From positions 62,001-126,000 of the forward strand of contig JACPUC010000012.1 in NCBI GenBank assembly GCA_016192455.1: 64,000 bases of DNA, in the 5' to 3' direction. This document shows, piece by piece, positions 1 to 8,997 of this stretch. This DNA is from Candidatus Tectimicrobiota bacterium. GTDB lineage: Bacteria; JACPUC01. The notes under the pieces were generated by a model. The model saw nothing but the letters and a program-made list of their open reading frames with translations. It did not search any database and was not told where the DNA came from. The position numbers were made by a program, and so were the translations under genes. How positions within the stretch are numbered: the stretch's first letter is position 1; every line of letters starts with the position of its first letter.

Positions 1-1335
1 ATCGGCGCGCGGCACGCCTCCCTCGACTTCCAGCTTGCGGAAGACCCTGCATTCCAGCAGCTCATGACCTACATCGAGCCGGCCACAGGAGAGCGCTGCA
101 GCCGTTTCTTCAAGCTCCCCGAGAGCGCCGAGGACCTGCTGCGGCGGCGGCTGATGATCGAGACCTCGACGCGCGAAGGCGCCGGCCTGGTGCTGCTGGT
201 GAAGGAGATCGGCACCGATGCCCTCTTCGCCCTGCACGCCGTGGCGCGGCGCCTCGACGCGGCCTGCGGCACCTCGTACCGCGAGCGCGTCGCCGCCTAC
301 CACGCCGCCTGCCGCGACCACGACTGGAGCATGGCGGTGGCGCAGTCCGACGTGAAAGGGGACCGCAGCCTGCGCCCCTCGCAGCAGGCGCATCCCGACT
401 ACTACCTGCACATCGTCGAGGAGCGCCGCGACGGCATCGTGGTGCGCGGCGCCAAGGCGCACACCTCGCACGCCCCGTACGTGAACGAGATCATCGTCCT
501 GCCGACGCGCGCCCTGGGGGAGGCCGACCGCGCCTACGCCGTGGCCTTCGCCGTGCCCGCCGCCACCCCCGGCCTGCGCTTCATCGGCAGTCCCTTCTCC
601 GCGGCCGCCACCAGCACCTTCCACCACCCCCTGAGCGCCGAGCACAAGATGATCGAGACGGTGACGGTCTTCGATAACGTCCTCGTTCCCTGGGAGCGGG
701 TCTTCATGAAGGGGGAGCACCAGTTCGCCGGCGACCTGGCGAACTCCTTCGTCGAGTACCACCGCTTCACCGCGGTCTCCTACAAGACCCCCTGGCTGGA
801 GCTGATGCTGGGCGCGGCCGATCTGATGGCGGAGTACAACGGCATCGAGCGCGCCGCCCACGTGCGCGAGAAGCTCTCCGCGCTCGTCGGCTACCTGGAG
901 GCGGTGCGCGCCCTCATCCAGCAGGCGGCGCTCGGCTGCCGCCCCACCGGCGCCGGTACGGTGGCGCCCGATTCGGTGCTGACGAACATCGCCAAGTGCT
1001 ACTTCGCCACCCACTACCACCAGATGGTGTCGTACGTGCAGGACATCGCCGGCGGCCTCCTGGTGACGGGTCCGTCCGAGGAGGATTGGCTGAACCCCGA
1101 GACGCACGCCGACCTCGAGCACTACCTCGGCGGCAAGGCCGGCGTCAGCACCGAGGCGCGCCTGCGCCTGCTGAACTTCATCCGCGACATGTGCGCCTCC
1201 GACTACGGCGGCTACCACGAAATCCTCAACCTCCACGCCGAGGGCGGCCTGGAGGCCCAGAAGATGACCATCCTGCGCAACTACGACCGCACCTTCTGCC
1301 GCGACGTGGTGAAGCGGTTCGCAAGGCTCGCGTGA
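1..1335 (+). CDS. 4-hydroxyphenylacetate 3-hydroxylase / 4-hydroxybutyryl-CoA dehydratase family flavoprotein (5' partial)
   Basis: Frame is open from base 1. Motifs AQSDVKGDRS, DGIVVRGAKAH, VFDNVLVPWERVF, QDIAGG and HAEGG are typical of the HpaB/AbfD family. Confidence 0.85.
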   Translation: MGARHASLDFQLAEDPAFQQLMTYIEPATGERCSRFFKLPESAEDLLRRRLMIETSTREGAGLVLLVKEIGTDALFALHAVARRLDAACGTSYRERVAAYHAACRDHDWSMAVAQSDVKGDRSLRPSQQAHPDYYLHIVEERRDGIVVRGAKAHTSHAPYVNEIIVLPTRALGEADRAYAVAFAVPAATPGLRFIGSPFSAAATSTFHHPLSAEHKMIETVTVFDNVLVPWERVFMKGEHQFAGDLANSFVEYHRFTAVSYKTPWLELMLGAADLMAEYNGIERAAHVREKLSALVGYLEAVRALIQQAALGCRPTGAGTVAPDSVLTNIAKCYFATHYHQMVSYVQDIAGGLLVTGPSEEDWLNPETHADLEHYLGGKAGVSTEARLRLLNFIRDMCASDYGGYHEILNLHAEGGLEAQKMTILRNYDRTFCRDVVKRFARLA

Positions 1336-1382
1336 GCGCCCGGCGTCTTGCGGCGTGCTCCGCCTCCAGGAAAGGTCAGCCG

Positions 1383-2075
1383 ATGCCCGACCCCTCTCCG
1401 GGCGCCCCGGCCCTGGCGCTCTTCCCGTACTACGAGCAGCTCGTCCCCTGGTTCGAGGAGGAGCTGGCCGGGATCACGGATGAGCAGCTCGACTTCACCA
1501 ACCCCGCGCAATGGTTCGCCGTCTGGAGCATCCGCCGGCAGGTGAGCCACGTCTGCTACGCGCACTTCTTCTGGAGCGGCATCCAATGGGGGAAGGTGCT
1601 GCGGGCCGACGACCCCGTGGACATCAAGGCTCACCTCGACCGCCGCTACGACCGCGTGCTGCGCGAGGACCGCTGGTGGGCCATCGCGGACCTGAAGACC
1701 AAGCTGCGCGACTGCGTCGGGCGCAGCCTGGCGCTGCTGCGGGGCGAGACCGTGGCGGGGGCGCAGGCGCGCGAGGTGTCGATGAAGATCCCCGCCGGCA
1801 CGCCGGTGGGGCTGGGCGACCGCGAGGACGTGCATACTTTTTGGCAGCGCTACGCCGCCTATCACCGGCGCGGCATCCGCCGCGATGCCGACGACCCGGA
1901 GAGCTGGCGCTTCAGCCTCGAGATGAGCATGCGCCACATCCTCTGGGAGGGGACGACGCACCTCTACGCCATCCAGCTCATCAAGAAGGAGCTCGGCCTG
2001 GCGACGCACGTGACCCTCCCCGCCGAGGGCTACGTGGTGAATGACATGAAGAAGGCGGCGGCTGGTTCGCAGTGA
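1383..2075 (+). CDS. DinB/YfiT-like superfamily protein
   Basis: ATG at 1383 follows AGGAAAGG. WSIRRQVSH and RHILWEGTTH resemble the DinB metal-binding His pattern. Confidence 0.6.
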   Translation: MPDPSPGAPALALFPYYEQLVPWFEEELAGITDEQLDFTNPAQWFAVWSIRRQVSHVCYAHFFWSGIQWGKVLRADDPVDIKAHLDRRYDRVLREDRWWAIADLKTKLRDCVGRSLALLRGETVAGAQAREVSMKIPAGTPVGLGDREDVHTFWQRYAAYHRRGIRRDADDPESWRFSLEMSMRHILWEGTTHLYAIQLIKKELGLATHVTLPAEGYVVNDMKKAAAGSQ

Positions 2076-2181
2076 TCGTCCGATGCGGGGGTAAAGCCTG
2101 GCGCAGGAATGGCTGGGCTGGAGAGGAGGGGAGGGGGGGATCGCCATCGGACCGGGGGCGAGACACGTCGGAGGTAGGGCG

Positions 2182-2928
2182 ATGGATGACCTGGTGCGGC
2201 GCACCTCTGAGGCGATTCTGGCGGCCACGCACGTGGTGGCGCTGACCGGCGCCGGCATCTCGGTGGAGAGCGGCATCCCGCCGTTCCGCGGCAAGGGCGG
2301 CCTGTGGACGAAGTACGACCCGGCGGAGTACGCCGACATCAGCGCCTTCCGCCGCAACCCCGGCAAGGTGTGGGAGATGCTGCGGGAGATGCGGCGGGTC
2401 ATTCAGCAGGCCAGGCCCAACGCCGCGCACACCGCCCTGGCGCAGCTCGAAACGCTCGACCTTCTGAAGTGCATCGTGACGCAGAACGTCGATGGCCTGC
2501 ACCAGCAGGCCGGCAGCCGCAACGTCGTGGAGTTCCACGGCAACGACCGCGCCGTCGTCTGCCAAAGCTGCGGCCGGGAGCAGCCGAGCGCCGATCTCTC
2601 CGTCGAGGTGCTGCCGCCGCGGTGCGCCTGCGGCGGCGTCCTCAAACCGAGCGTCGTCATGTTCGGCGAGATGATCCCGCGCGACGCCCTGCTGCTGGCC
2701 AGCGCGGCGGCCCAGAAGGGCGACGTCGTCCTGGTGATCGGCACCACCGCCGAGGTCTATCCCGCCGCCGAGCTCCCATTCACCGTGAAGCGCAACGGCG
2801 GGATTGTCATCGAGTTCAACCTCGAGCCGACCGTCCTCACCGACAGCATCGCCGACTGGTCGCACCTCGAATCGGCCTCAGCCTCGTTGCCCGCCGTGCT
2901 CGTGGCGCTGCGGGCGCGGCTCAATTGA
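2182..2928 (+). CDS. cobB: NAD-dependent protein deacylase (sirtuin)
   Basis: GAGISVESGIPPFRG, TQNVDGLHQ, HGN and CxxC...CxC zinc ligands; GGAGG RBS. Confidence 0.92.
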   Translation: MDDLVRRTSEAILAATHVVALTGAGISVESGIPPFRGKGGLWTKYDPAEYADISAFRRNPGKVWEMLREMRRVIQQARPNAAHTALAQLETLDLLKCIVTQNVDGLHQQAGSRNVVEFHGNDRAVVCQSCGREQPSADLSVEVLPPRCACGGVLKPSVVMFGEMIPRDALLLASAAAQKGDVVLVIGTTAEVYPAAELPFTVKRNGGIVIEFNLEPTVLTDSIADWSHLESASASLPAVLVALRARLN

Positions 2929-3037
2929 AGCCGCCCCGGCAGGTCTGGTTCCGCGGCGGCAGCGCTGGGGTCGCCGGGCGACGGGGCGGCGTGAACTCTC
3001 ACAAGGAACGAAGGGGAGGAAGGTGCAGGTACCAGGC

Positions 3038-4342
3038 ATGGCGCGGAGACATCGAGCGCTCTACTACGGCTGGATCGTGCTGGGCGTCTGCACGCTCCTC
3101 AACTTCGTCTTCTATGGCGGGCGCTTCTCCTTCGGGGTCTTCTTCAAGCCGATGGCCCAGGACTTGGGCTGGAGCCGCACCCTGACGGCGGGCGCCTTCG
3201 GGCTCAACCTGCTCCTGTCGGGAGTCTTCGCGCCGTTCCTCGGCTGGCTGATGGATCGCTTCGGCGCCCGCGCCGCCATCAACGTCGGCGCCCTCGTCGG
3301 CGCCGTCATCACCGGCCTCATCGCCTGGACGCAGTCGGCCTGGTACTTCTACCTCGTCTTCGGCGTCCTGCAGCCGCTCCTGCTGGCGGGCGCCTCGATC
3401 AACATCTGCTCGGCTTTGGCCGCGCGCTGGTTCGTGCGCTTGCGGGCCACGGCATTGGCGATCATCTCTTCCGGCGCGTCGCTGGGACAACTGGCGCTGG
3501 CGCCCCTCCTCGGCTACCTCGTGGTGCAGACCGGTTGGCGCGCCTCGATCATGGTGCTGGCGGCGATCATGATCGCCACGGCCCTGCCGGGCTTCTTCCT
3601 TTTGCGTGAGCATCCCGCCGACCTCGGCTTGCGCCCCGACGGCGCCGCAGCGGGCGACTCCCCAGCCCACCCTGGCGCCGCCGCGTCGCCGGCGCCCGCC
3701 GCGGCCGCCAGGAGCGTAGCGCCGGGGCTCGGCCTGGCGGCGGTGCTGCGCAGCGCGGCGTTCTGGCAGCTCAGCGCCGGGTTCTTCGTCTGCGGCTGGT
3801 CGGTCGGCGTGGCGCTGACGCACCTCCCCGCCTTCACCACCGACGTGGGGTATTCGACGGAGATGGCCGGACTGCTCCTTGCCATTATCGGGGGGATGAA
3901 TGTCCTCTCCACCCTGCTCTACGGCGGGCTGTGCGACAGGAGCGGGAAGAAATCGCTGCCGCTAGCGTCGGTCTACTTCATCCGCGGCATCGCGCTGCTC
4001 TTCCTCTTCGCTTCTTCCGCGGCCTGGGCGCTTTACGTCTTTGCCGTGCTGGCGGGCATCTCCTGGCTGGCCACCGTTCCCATGACGTACGGGCTGGCGG
4101 GAGATCACTTCGGGCTGCGCAACATCGCCACGATCATCGGCATCGTCTTCTTCTCCCACCAAGTTGGAGCGGCGGTCAGCTCCTGGCTGGCGGGCTGGTG
4201 GTTCGACCAGTACCAGAGCTATGCCGCCATGTGGCTCCTGGCGGCCCTCCTCTGCTTCGCCGCCAGCGCCGTCAGCGCCATCGTCAAGGAGGGAAGCGCC
4301 ATCCGCGCACCGCTGCCGGCGGAGCAGCCGGCCACCCCCTAG
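3038..4342 (+). CDS. MFS transporter (oxalate/monocarboxylate-like)
   Basis: About 12 hydrophobic helices, YYGW N-terminus, motif A GWLMDRFGAR. Confidence 0.9.
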   Translation: MARRHRALYYGWIVLGVCTLLNFVFYGGRFSFGVFFKPMAQDLGWSRTLTAGAFGLNLLLSGVFAPFLGWLMDRFGARAAINVGALVGAVITGLIAWTQSAWYFYLVFGVLQPLLLAGASINICSALAARWFVRLRATALAIISSGASLGQLALAPLLGYLVVQTGWRASIMVLAAIMIATALPGFFLLREHPADLGLRPDGAAAGDSPAHPGAAASPAPAAAARSVAPGLGLAAVLRSAAFWQLSAGFFVCGWSVGVALTHLPAFTTDVGYSTEMAGLLLAIIGGMNVLSTLLYGGLCDRSGKKSLPLASVYFIRGIALLFLFASSAAWALYVFAVLAGISWLATVPMTYGLAGDHFGLRNIATIIGIVFFSHQVGAAVSSWLAGWWFDQYQSYAAMWLLAALLCFAASAVSAIVKEGSAIRAPLPAEQPATP

Positions 4343-4537
4343 CGTTACGTTTCACAAGTTCTATGATCAATGTGATGCTTTCCTCGTGCCATTTAGGAGG
4401 GGGAATTTTTGTGGGGGACCCTTGCTCCCCCACACCCCCAATCCCCGCGAGCTGCGCAGCAGCTCGCGTAAGGGGGGTGGGCAAGGGGAGATGGTTCCCT
4501 CGCCCACTATGTGATATACTTTGAGAAACAGCACATG
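4339..4537 (+). mobile_element. ~195-bp MITE-like dispersed repeat, copy 1
   Basis: Aligns end-to-end with 8798-8997. Starts at CTAG overlapping the MFS stop codon. Central hairpin CGCGAGCTGC-GCA-GCAGCTCGCG at 4446-4468; imperfect terminal inverted repeats. Confidence 0.75.
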
Positions 4538-4553
4538 ACCGCCACGCGCCTCC

Positions 4554-5585
4554 TCAAGCCGCACCGCTGAGCTCGCGGCGGACGATCTTCGCCCCTTCGA
4601 CCAGCGCCTTCAGCTTCGCCTTGCCGAGGTAGCGCGGGATGCGCGCCAGGCCGCAGTCGGGGCTGAGGAAGAGCTTCTCCGCCGGCACCGCCTTGAGGAG
4701 GAGGCGGATGCGATCCGCCACCTGCTCCGGCGTCTCGATGGCGAAGCTCTTCAGGTCGATGACGCCGGCGGTCAGCTCCTTGTCGCACTTCACCTCCGCC
4801 CACATTCCCGCTTCCGACATCTCGCGGTTGGCGAACTCGAGGGCGAGGTTGTGCGCGGCGCAGTCGTTGAGGGCCGGGAAGAGCGGTCGATAGGTGCGGG
4901 CGCTGTAGCCGAAGCCCCCCAGGGTGCCGAAACAGATGTGCAGGCCGAGCTTGGCCTTGACGCCGTCCACGCAGCGGTTGTAGCAGTCAACGAGAATTTC
5001 GGGCCGCATCGAGAAGACCTGGAAGACCTCATCCACCTGGACGTACTCGGCGCCCGCCTCCACCACGGCGCGCAGCTCCTCGTTAATGATCTTACAGAGG
5101 TCGTAGGAGATGTCGCGGCGGCGGCCGTAGGCGGCGCCTTTCTCGATGTGCGTCGCCAGCGTCAGCGGACCCGGCACCGGCACCTTGATGGGGTGCGTCG
5201 TGCGCGTCTTCGTGTAGGCGAACTCCTCGCGCAGCCCCAGCCCGTTCGGCGCCGTGACGCGCTCCATGGCGTCGAAGTGGTGCTGGCCGTCATAAGCGAG
5301 GACGCCCACCTTGCGCGGCAGGTCGCGCTTGCGCAGCCCCGCGAAGTGATCGTAGAAGCTCAGGATGTAGCCGACGCGGCGCATCTCGCCGTCGCTGACG
5401 ATGTCGAGGCCGGCCTCCTCCATGTCTTTCAGGGCCGTATCGACGGCGTCGTCGTACGCCTCCTTTGCGTCCACCTCGCCGAACTCGCCGCCGGCCATCT
5501 TGTCATAGACGGCGTACATCCAGCTTGGGATGGAGTGGCTGCCGATGGTGGCGGTAGGGAGGAGGGGAAGGTGATCGAGGGCCAT
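4554..5585 (-). CDS. Cobalamin-independent methionine synthase II family protein (MetE catalytic domain only)
   Basis: DIVSDGEMRR, QVDE, zinc ligands HICFG and PDCGL; 343 aa single barrel. Confidence 0.88.
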   Translation of the reverse strand: MALDHLPLLPTATIGSHSIPSWMYAVYDKMAGGEFGEVDAKEAYDDAVDTALKDMEEAGLDIVSDGEMRRVGYILSFYDHFAGLRKRDLPRKVGVLAYDGQHHFDAMERVTAPNGLGLREEFAYTKTRTTHPIKVPVPGPLTLATHIEKGAAYGRRRDISYDLCKIINEELRAVVEAGAEYVQVDEVFQVFSMRPEILVDCYNRCVDGVKAKLGLHICFGTLGGFGYSARTYRPLFPALNDCAAHNLALEFANREMSEAGMWAEVKCDKELTAGVIDLKSFAIETPEQVADRIRLLLKAVPAEKLFLSPDCGLARIPRYLGKAKLKALVEGAKIVRRELSGAA

Positions 5586-5699
5586 GGAAAACTCCTTCTA
5601 CACGCCTCGGCGAACGGATTCTCACGTCGCTCGGACGTGCCGCGGTACTTCAGGATTACTGCGGGCGCCCGCGCCGCCAGGCGGAGAGAGACGCCCAAT

Positions 5700-5825
5700 C
5701 TCACGACGCTTCCACCGGCGAGCTGCGCCGCATCTCGCGTAAACGGGATGCGCCCAATTCCCTGCGGATGGGGGGCGCGGCTCCCTCTCGGAACTACGTG
5801 ATGGAACGTGGGAACACGACGGTAG
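5700..5825 (+). repeat. Degenerate partial copy of the MITE-like repeat
   Basis: GCGAGCTGCGCCGCATCTCGCGTA, GCGCGGCTCCCTC and ACTACGTGAT...GGGAACACGACGGTAG match the right half of the family. Confidence 0.55.
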
Positions 5826-5833
5826 GATAGCTG

Positions 5834-6283
5834 ATGCCCGACACCCCGCCAAGCAGTCCAACCAATCTTCGCGCCGGCGGGCCACCGCAGGCGGCCGGTC
5901 CTGCCCAGGTTCCCCTGCCGGGGCGGCTGGTCGGCCTCTACCTCCTGGCGCACCCCGTCCTTAAAGTCCTCGTTCTCTGGAGCGGCAGGAGTTTCCTCAA
6001 CCTGCAGCCCGCGCGGGGCCGCGGCTGGATCATCTACGGCCTGGCCGCGCCGTTAGTCGGCTGGCTGGTGTGGCGCCGCCATCCGCGGGCGCGCTTCGCT
6101 CTCTACGTCTTCATGACCTTGGAGGCCTGGCGCGCCTTCGACCGCGCCACCTTCGCCCTGGAGCGTCCCCTGGCCCTGGCCATGGCGGCGGCGATCCTTC
6201 TTCTCTTCCAGATGCCGGCGCTGCTCCGCGCCTACCCCGCGATTGAGCGCGACCGCTACCGGCGCATCTTCAGCCGCAGGTGA
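5834..6283 (+). CDS. Hypothetical membrane protein
   Basis: 149-aa ORF with 3-4 hydrophobic segments; AGGA upstream of the ATG. Confidence 0.6.
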   Translation: MPDTPPSSPTNLRAGGPPQAAGPAQVPLPGRLVGLYLLAHPVLKVLVLWSGRSFLNLQPARGRGWIIYGLAAPLVGWLVWRRHPRARFALYVFMTLEAWRAFDRATFALERPLALAMAAAILLLFQMPALLRAYPAIERDRYRRIFSRR

Positions 6284-6424
6284 GGGTCTGTGCCGCGGGG
6301 CCGGGCGCTCCCTGGCCTGGAACCCATTTGCATACTGCTTCCTGACGCGCGCACAAAAAAGGCCGGGCAGCTCCCCGGCCTCGAACCTCCGACGCACCTT
6401 TCCCCACAGCAGGGGCAGGCGGCG

Positions 6425-6877
6425 TCAGGACCCCACCGCGGCCTCTTCCTCCTCTTCCTCCGGCTGGCGGAGGTGCAGCACGCCCTTGATGCAGGCATCC
6501 TCGCAGATGTAGCAGCTCACGCAGCCCTTCGGGTCCTTCAGCACCGCCACGCCGAACGGCGGGAACTCGTCCTTCCTGCCGATCTCCAGGCAATCGAAGG
6601 GGCAGTAATCGACACAGTAGCGGCAGCCGGAGCCGGTGCAGGAGTCCAGGTCGATGACCGGCTTGGGGCGCTCCTTCGGCTTCAGGCGGTCCACTACCAC
6701 ACCGGTTTGATCCTCGATGGCGGGCTCGGGGCAGACCATGCCGCAGGCGCCGCAGTCGATGCACTTCAGCGGGTCAATGATGTGCAGCAGTTTGCTCTCG
6801 CCCGTGATCGCCTCGGTGGGACAGACCTTCACGCAGGCCGTGCAGCCGACGCATTCCTCATTGATCACAAAAGCCAT
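6425..6877 (-). CDS. Polyferredoxin (four [4Fe-4S]-type motifs) with acidic tail
   Basis: CVGCTACVKVCP, CIDCGACGMVCP, CTGSGCRYCVDYCP, CVSCYICEDAC; C-terminal poly-Glu. Confidence 0.9.
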   Translation of the reverse strand: MAFVINEECVGCTACVKVCPTEAITGESKLLHIIDPLKCIDCGACGMVCPEPAIEDQTGVVVDRLKPKERPKPVIDLDSCTGSGCRYCVDYCPFDCLEIGRKDEFPPFGVAVLKDPKGCVSCYICEDACIKGVLHLRQPEEEEEEAAVGS

Positions 6878-7011
6878 GGCGGCGGAAACCTTTCATTTTC
6901 TTCGACGCTCGACCTGCCGGCTCGCCGAAACATACGTCCAAGCGTTCTGCCACAAGCTGCGTGCTGAGCAGCCGTTTCCTTCCCGGTTGGTCGCCTCTCG
7001 CGCACACTCTG

Positions 7012-7039
7012 AGTATAGGCAACGAGATCGGCGTGTCAA
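7012..7039 (-). promoter_or_regulatory. Sigma70-type promoter for the polyferredoxin gene
   Basis: Minus strand reads TTGACA-N16-TATACT. Confidence 0.65.
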
Positions 7040-7189
7040 ATGCGTTCGGGGAGCGGCCGCCTTTGGCGTGATGTGTCTGCCGCCTGGAAGGCCGCGCCGC
7101 CGGCGAGGGGAGCACGGCGCCCAATGGCTCACCCTCACGACTGCCACCGCGCTTTTCGCTGTCAGGCGAAACGCCAGGAGTTGCGTTCC

Positions 7190-7582
7190 TCAATGACGCA
7201 CCGAATTCTCTCGGAACCAACCCGCCAGGACGGCTTCGTCAGCCTGTCCCGAGGCGGCAGCCATCATGACGTGATAGGGTCTGCCTTGCGGCGGGCGGAA
7301 GGTCCAGCCGTTCAGGGCCAGGAAGGCGACTCCGGCCAGCAGGGCCGTGCGCTTGTTGCCGTCAATGAAGGGGTGATTCTTGGCCAGGGAGAGGCTGAGA
7401 GCGGCGGCGAGATCGAACAGGGTGGGGCGGTCGCCGTAGTGCCAAAGCTGACGCGGCCTCTGGAGCGCGCTCTCCAGCAGTCCCGCGTCCCGCAAACCCG
7501 ATCTGCCTCCGAAGCGCATCACGTGTTCGGCGTGGATCGCCCGCACCATCGGCACGGTGAGCCATCTCGGCTGCCGTTTCAT
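7190..7582 (-). CDS. doc: Type II toxin, Fic/Doc (death-on-curing) family
   Basis: HPFIDGNKRT Doc motif; GLRDAGLLESALQRP. Confidence 0.92.
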   Translation of the reverse strand: MKRQPRWLTVPMVRAIHAEHVMRFGGRSGLRDAGLLESALQRPRQLWHYGDRPTLFDLAAALSLSLAKNHPFIDGNKRTALLAGVAFLALNGWTFRPPQGRPYHVMMAAASGQADEAVLAGWFRENSVRH

Positions 7583-7818
7583 TCAGCCAGGGCCTTGAGG
7601 TCGTCACGGTACTGCCGCATGAACTCCCGTGACGCCTCGAGCGCCTGAGCGAAATCGGGATCATAGGGAGTGAGCAGCAGCCCATCCGCTGTGCGCACGA
7701 TGAACACCTCGTCACCCTCGCGCAGGTTGAGGGCCTCCAGCAGATCCCGATTAAGAATCATGCCCAGGGATGAGCCGATCTTGCGGACCTTCGTGGCGGC
7801 GTTCTTGCGGCGAGCCAT
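7579..7818 (-). CDS. AbrB/MazE/SpoVT-family antitoxin
   Basis: KVRKIGSSLGMIL...LNLREGDEV; ATGA overlap with the toxin gene. Confidence 0.9.
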   Translation of the reverse strand: MARRKNAATKVRKIGSSLGMILNRDLLEALNLREGDEVFIVRTADGLLLTPYDPDFAQALEASREFMRQYRDDLKALAE

Positions 7819-7837
7819 AGTCTACTCCTCGTTTGGC

Positions 7838-7859
7838 TATTATAATATACATTATAATA
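7838..7859. promoter_or_regulatory. Tandem palindromic operator / -10 region of the TA operon
   Basis: TATTATAATA-TAC-ATTATAATA: two ATTATAAT palindromes just upstream of the antitoxin RBS, in an otherwise GC-rich context. Confidence 0.65.
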
Positions 7860-7979
7860 CCCTCGCCCGCAACCCACCTCCCAGCGTCTCGTTGCTCGGC
7901 GCGCGCCCGTCATGCAACGGAGTGGACTGTTGCCGATGGTCCACCAAAGTGGGCGTCTCAACCAGGCCGCCCACGTCGG

Positions 7980-8747
7980 CTACTCAATATACAGCGGCGC
8001 CGTGGGAAGTTGCAGCCAGTCTCGCATGTCGTGGCCGACGACGACGCGGGCCTTCTTGGCGGTGTGCAGGTCGTGCAGGCGCTGCATGCTGGCGAGGTTC
8101 TCCTCGGCGCGCCACGATACCTTCGGGAGGATGCAGGTCTCGAGGTTCTCCAGCATGTAGCAGCTATCGGCGGCCAGCACCCAGACGCCGCTCTCCCCCA
8201 TCTCCAGACGCAGCGACTGGTGCCCCGGCGTGTGGCCGTAGGTGGGGAAGACAATTACCCGCCCATCACCGAAGAGGTCGTGCTCGCCGTCGATGAAGGT
8301 GTACTGCAGCGGGTGGTCGTAGTCGTCGGGAATGAAGGCGTTTCTCTTGATCTCCGCGGCGTCGTGAGCGGCGTCCCACTCACGCCGGTTGACGATGACC
8401 GTCGCCTTCGGGAAGAAGGCGTTGGCGCCGGCGTGGTCGAAGTGCAGGTGGGAGTTGATGACGACGTCGATGTCGGCGACGCTCATGCCGAGCTGGCGGA
8501 GCTGGCTCATGGCGTCGTCGCCGGGACGCAGGCGGGGCGCGAAGACCTTGTCCAAGCCGCGCCAACGGCTGGCGGCATCGGTGATCGCGTCGGGGTGGAT
8601 GCCGGTATCGAAGAGGACGTTTCCCTTCGGGTGGACGATGAGGAAGAACGGCAGCGGCGCCTGCACCCGCAGGCCCTTCGGCGCGCTCGGCACGAAGACG
8701 CGCTTCTCGTGCTCGACGTAGCCTGCCGACATGGCATAGAGCTTCAC
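7980..8747 (-). CDS. N-acyl-homoserine lactonase family metallo-beta-lactamase-fold hydrolase
   Basis: SHLHFDHAG, TYGHTPGHQS, LAAD and GHD motifs. Confidence 0.88.
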   Translation of the reverse strand: MKLYAMSAGYVEHEKRVFVPSAPKGLRVQAPLPFFLIVHPKGNVLFDTGIHPDAITDAASRWRGLDKVFAPRLRPGDDAMSQLRQLGMSVADIDVVINSHLHFDHAGANAFFPKATVIVNRREWDAAHDAAEIKRNAFIPDDYDHPLQYTFIDGEHDLFGDGRVIVFPTYGHTPGHQSLRLEMGESGVWVLAADSCYMLENLETCILPKVSWRAEENLASMQRLHDLHTAKKARVVVGHDMRDWLQLPTAPLYIE

Positions 8748-8797
8748 GACCCGCTGCTCCTCACGCGCCTTGTCGGCGCAGCCGCACCCGCCACTGG

Positions 8798-8997
8798 CTG
8801 GCGTTACCTTTCACAAGTTCGACCAAGAATTTGATGCCTTCCTCGTGCCATTTGGTGGGGGGATTTTATGGAGGGGACCTTCGCTCCTCCACACCTCCAA
8901 GCCCCGCGAGCTGCGCAGCAGCTCGCGTATATGGGGTGCGCGAGGGGACGCGGTTCCCTCGCAACATATGTGATGTAATTTGAGAAACAGCCCACTA
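8798..8997 (+). mobile_element. ~195-bp MITE-like dispersed repeat, copy 2
   Basis: Colinear with copy 1 with an identical central hairpin. Right end (...CCCACTA) overlaps the TAG stop of the nitrilase on the minus strand. Confidence 0.75.

Noticed and set aside
5586-5833. Possible SAM or cobalamin riboswitch upstream of the MetE-like gene
   Set aside because: No recognisable riboswitch consensus; the structure is better explained by a degenerate MITE copy.
6937-6952. Sigma54-like TGGCAG-N5-TTGGA upstream of the polyferredoxin (minus strand)
   Set aside because: The -12 element has GG instead of the conserved GC, and a good sigma70 promoter lies just upstream.
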